This document shows, one piece after another, positions 63,657-64,000 of a stretch of 64,000 nt of DNA. Made by a program: the position numbers and the translations under genes. The first letter of the stretch is position 1, and the number at the start of each line of letters is the position of its first letter. This DNA is from Alphaproteobacteria bacterium (GTDB lineage: Bacteria > Pseudomonadota > Alphaproteobacteria > UBA7887): positions 643 through 64,642 of the forward strand of contig JAKZSU010000012.1 in NCBI GenBank assembly GCA_047517485.1, given 5' to 3'. The notes beneath the pieces were generated by a model that ran no database searches, was not told the origin of the DNA, and worked only from the letters and a program-made list of their open reading frames with translations.

Positions 63657-64000
63657 CTAAATTCTCCGCTTGACCCATGACCACGCCGCCATGACGTCAC
63701 CCGCCGGTTTGCTTTCGGGGTCCCGCTCCTGGACGCCGTGACCATCGGTCAGCGCCTCCGCCAATGCCGAGCTGTATCCGATCGGCGTCGGGCAGATCGG
63801 CAATTCATACGAATGCAGGATCTTGCGCGCCTCGTCGGCGAGGGCGTCAATCGAGCGGATGGCGTTGACCACGATCACCGCGCGCGCCTCGGCTTGGCGA
63901 ACGATCGCCACCGTGGAGGCCAGCTCTTCCAAGTCGCGCGCCGATGCCAGAGTCGGAATGACCACCAGGGCAGCCAACGATGCCGCGGCCAAGGCGGCGC
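63657..64000 (-). CDS. ParA/MinD-like ATPase, C-terminal part (gene continues beyond window end)
   Basis: Only the C-terminal ~110 aa is visible; the pattern ...VIVVNAI... is compatible with a ParA-type partition ATPase. Weak. Confidence 0.4.
   Translation of the reverse strand, partial: AALAAASLAALVVIPTLASARDLEELASTVAIVRQAEARAVIVVNAIRSIDALADEARKILHSYELPICPTPIGYSSALAEALTDGHGVQERDPESKPAGDVMAAWSWVKRRI

Overview
64-kb chromosomal segment that looks like a high-GC alphaproteobacterium; this is inferred from gene content and synteny only, and no database search was possible. The window is densely coded on both strands and mostly housekeeping. Read left to right: DUF1330 and Hsp20; an HpcH-aldolase / 2-hydroxyacid dehydrogenase / ADP-forming acyl-CoA synthetase cassette; an ECF sigma factor with a vWA-domain anti-sigma factor; enoyl-CoA hydratase; a Sel1 protein; threonine dehydratase; slt-dapA-smpB; glutathione peroxidase; a UDG-NYN pair; folK-rpoZ-spoT; a structured palindromic intergenic element; DUF2062-pdxJ-acpS-lepB-rnc-era-recO-parC; TetR; a TRAP transporter (dctQM) facing three tandem paralogous substrate-binding-protein genes; bpt with a TrkA-C anion permease and a thioesterase; an FAD oxidase; chrA; a penicillin-acylase-family gene; a CoA transferase; hemB; a valine-catabolism operon (acyl-CoA dehydrogenase, 3-hydroxyisobutyryl-CoA hydrolase, mmsB); MarR; dgkA; gcdH; dihydroorotase; a DEAD-box helicase; three tandem paralogous lipoproteins; parE; glnB-glnA; and tRNA-His followed by a partial ParA-like gene at the window edge. 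No CRISPR array, IS element, integrase or phage gene was recognised. The features worth a second look are the nested inverted-repeat element between spoT and the DUF2062 gene, the lipoprotein triplet, the three-SBP TRAP locus with its TetR and small secreted protein, the sigma / vWA anti-sigma pair, the NYN-UDG pair at the stringent-response locus, a 365-bp convergent intergenic region, and the tRNA-His / ParA edge. Because the DNA is high-GC, many long antisense ORFs in the track are artefacts and are listed as rejected. Coordinates follow the ORF-track frames; start codons were re-chosen by eye from N-terminal homology expectations and RBS-like motifs, and may be off by a few codons.
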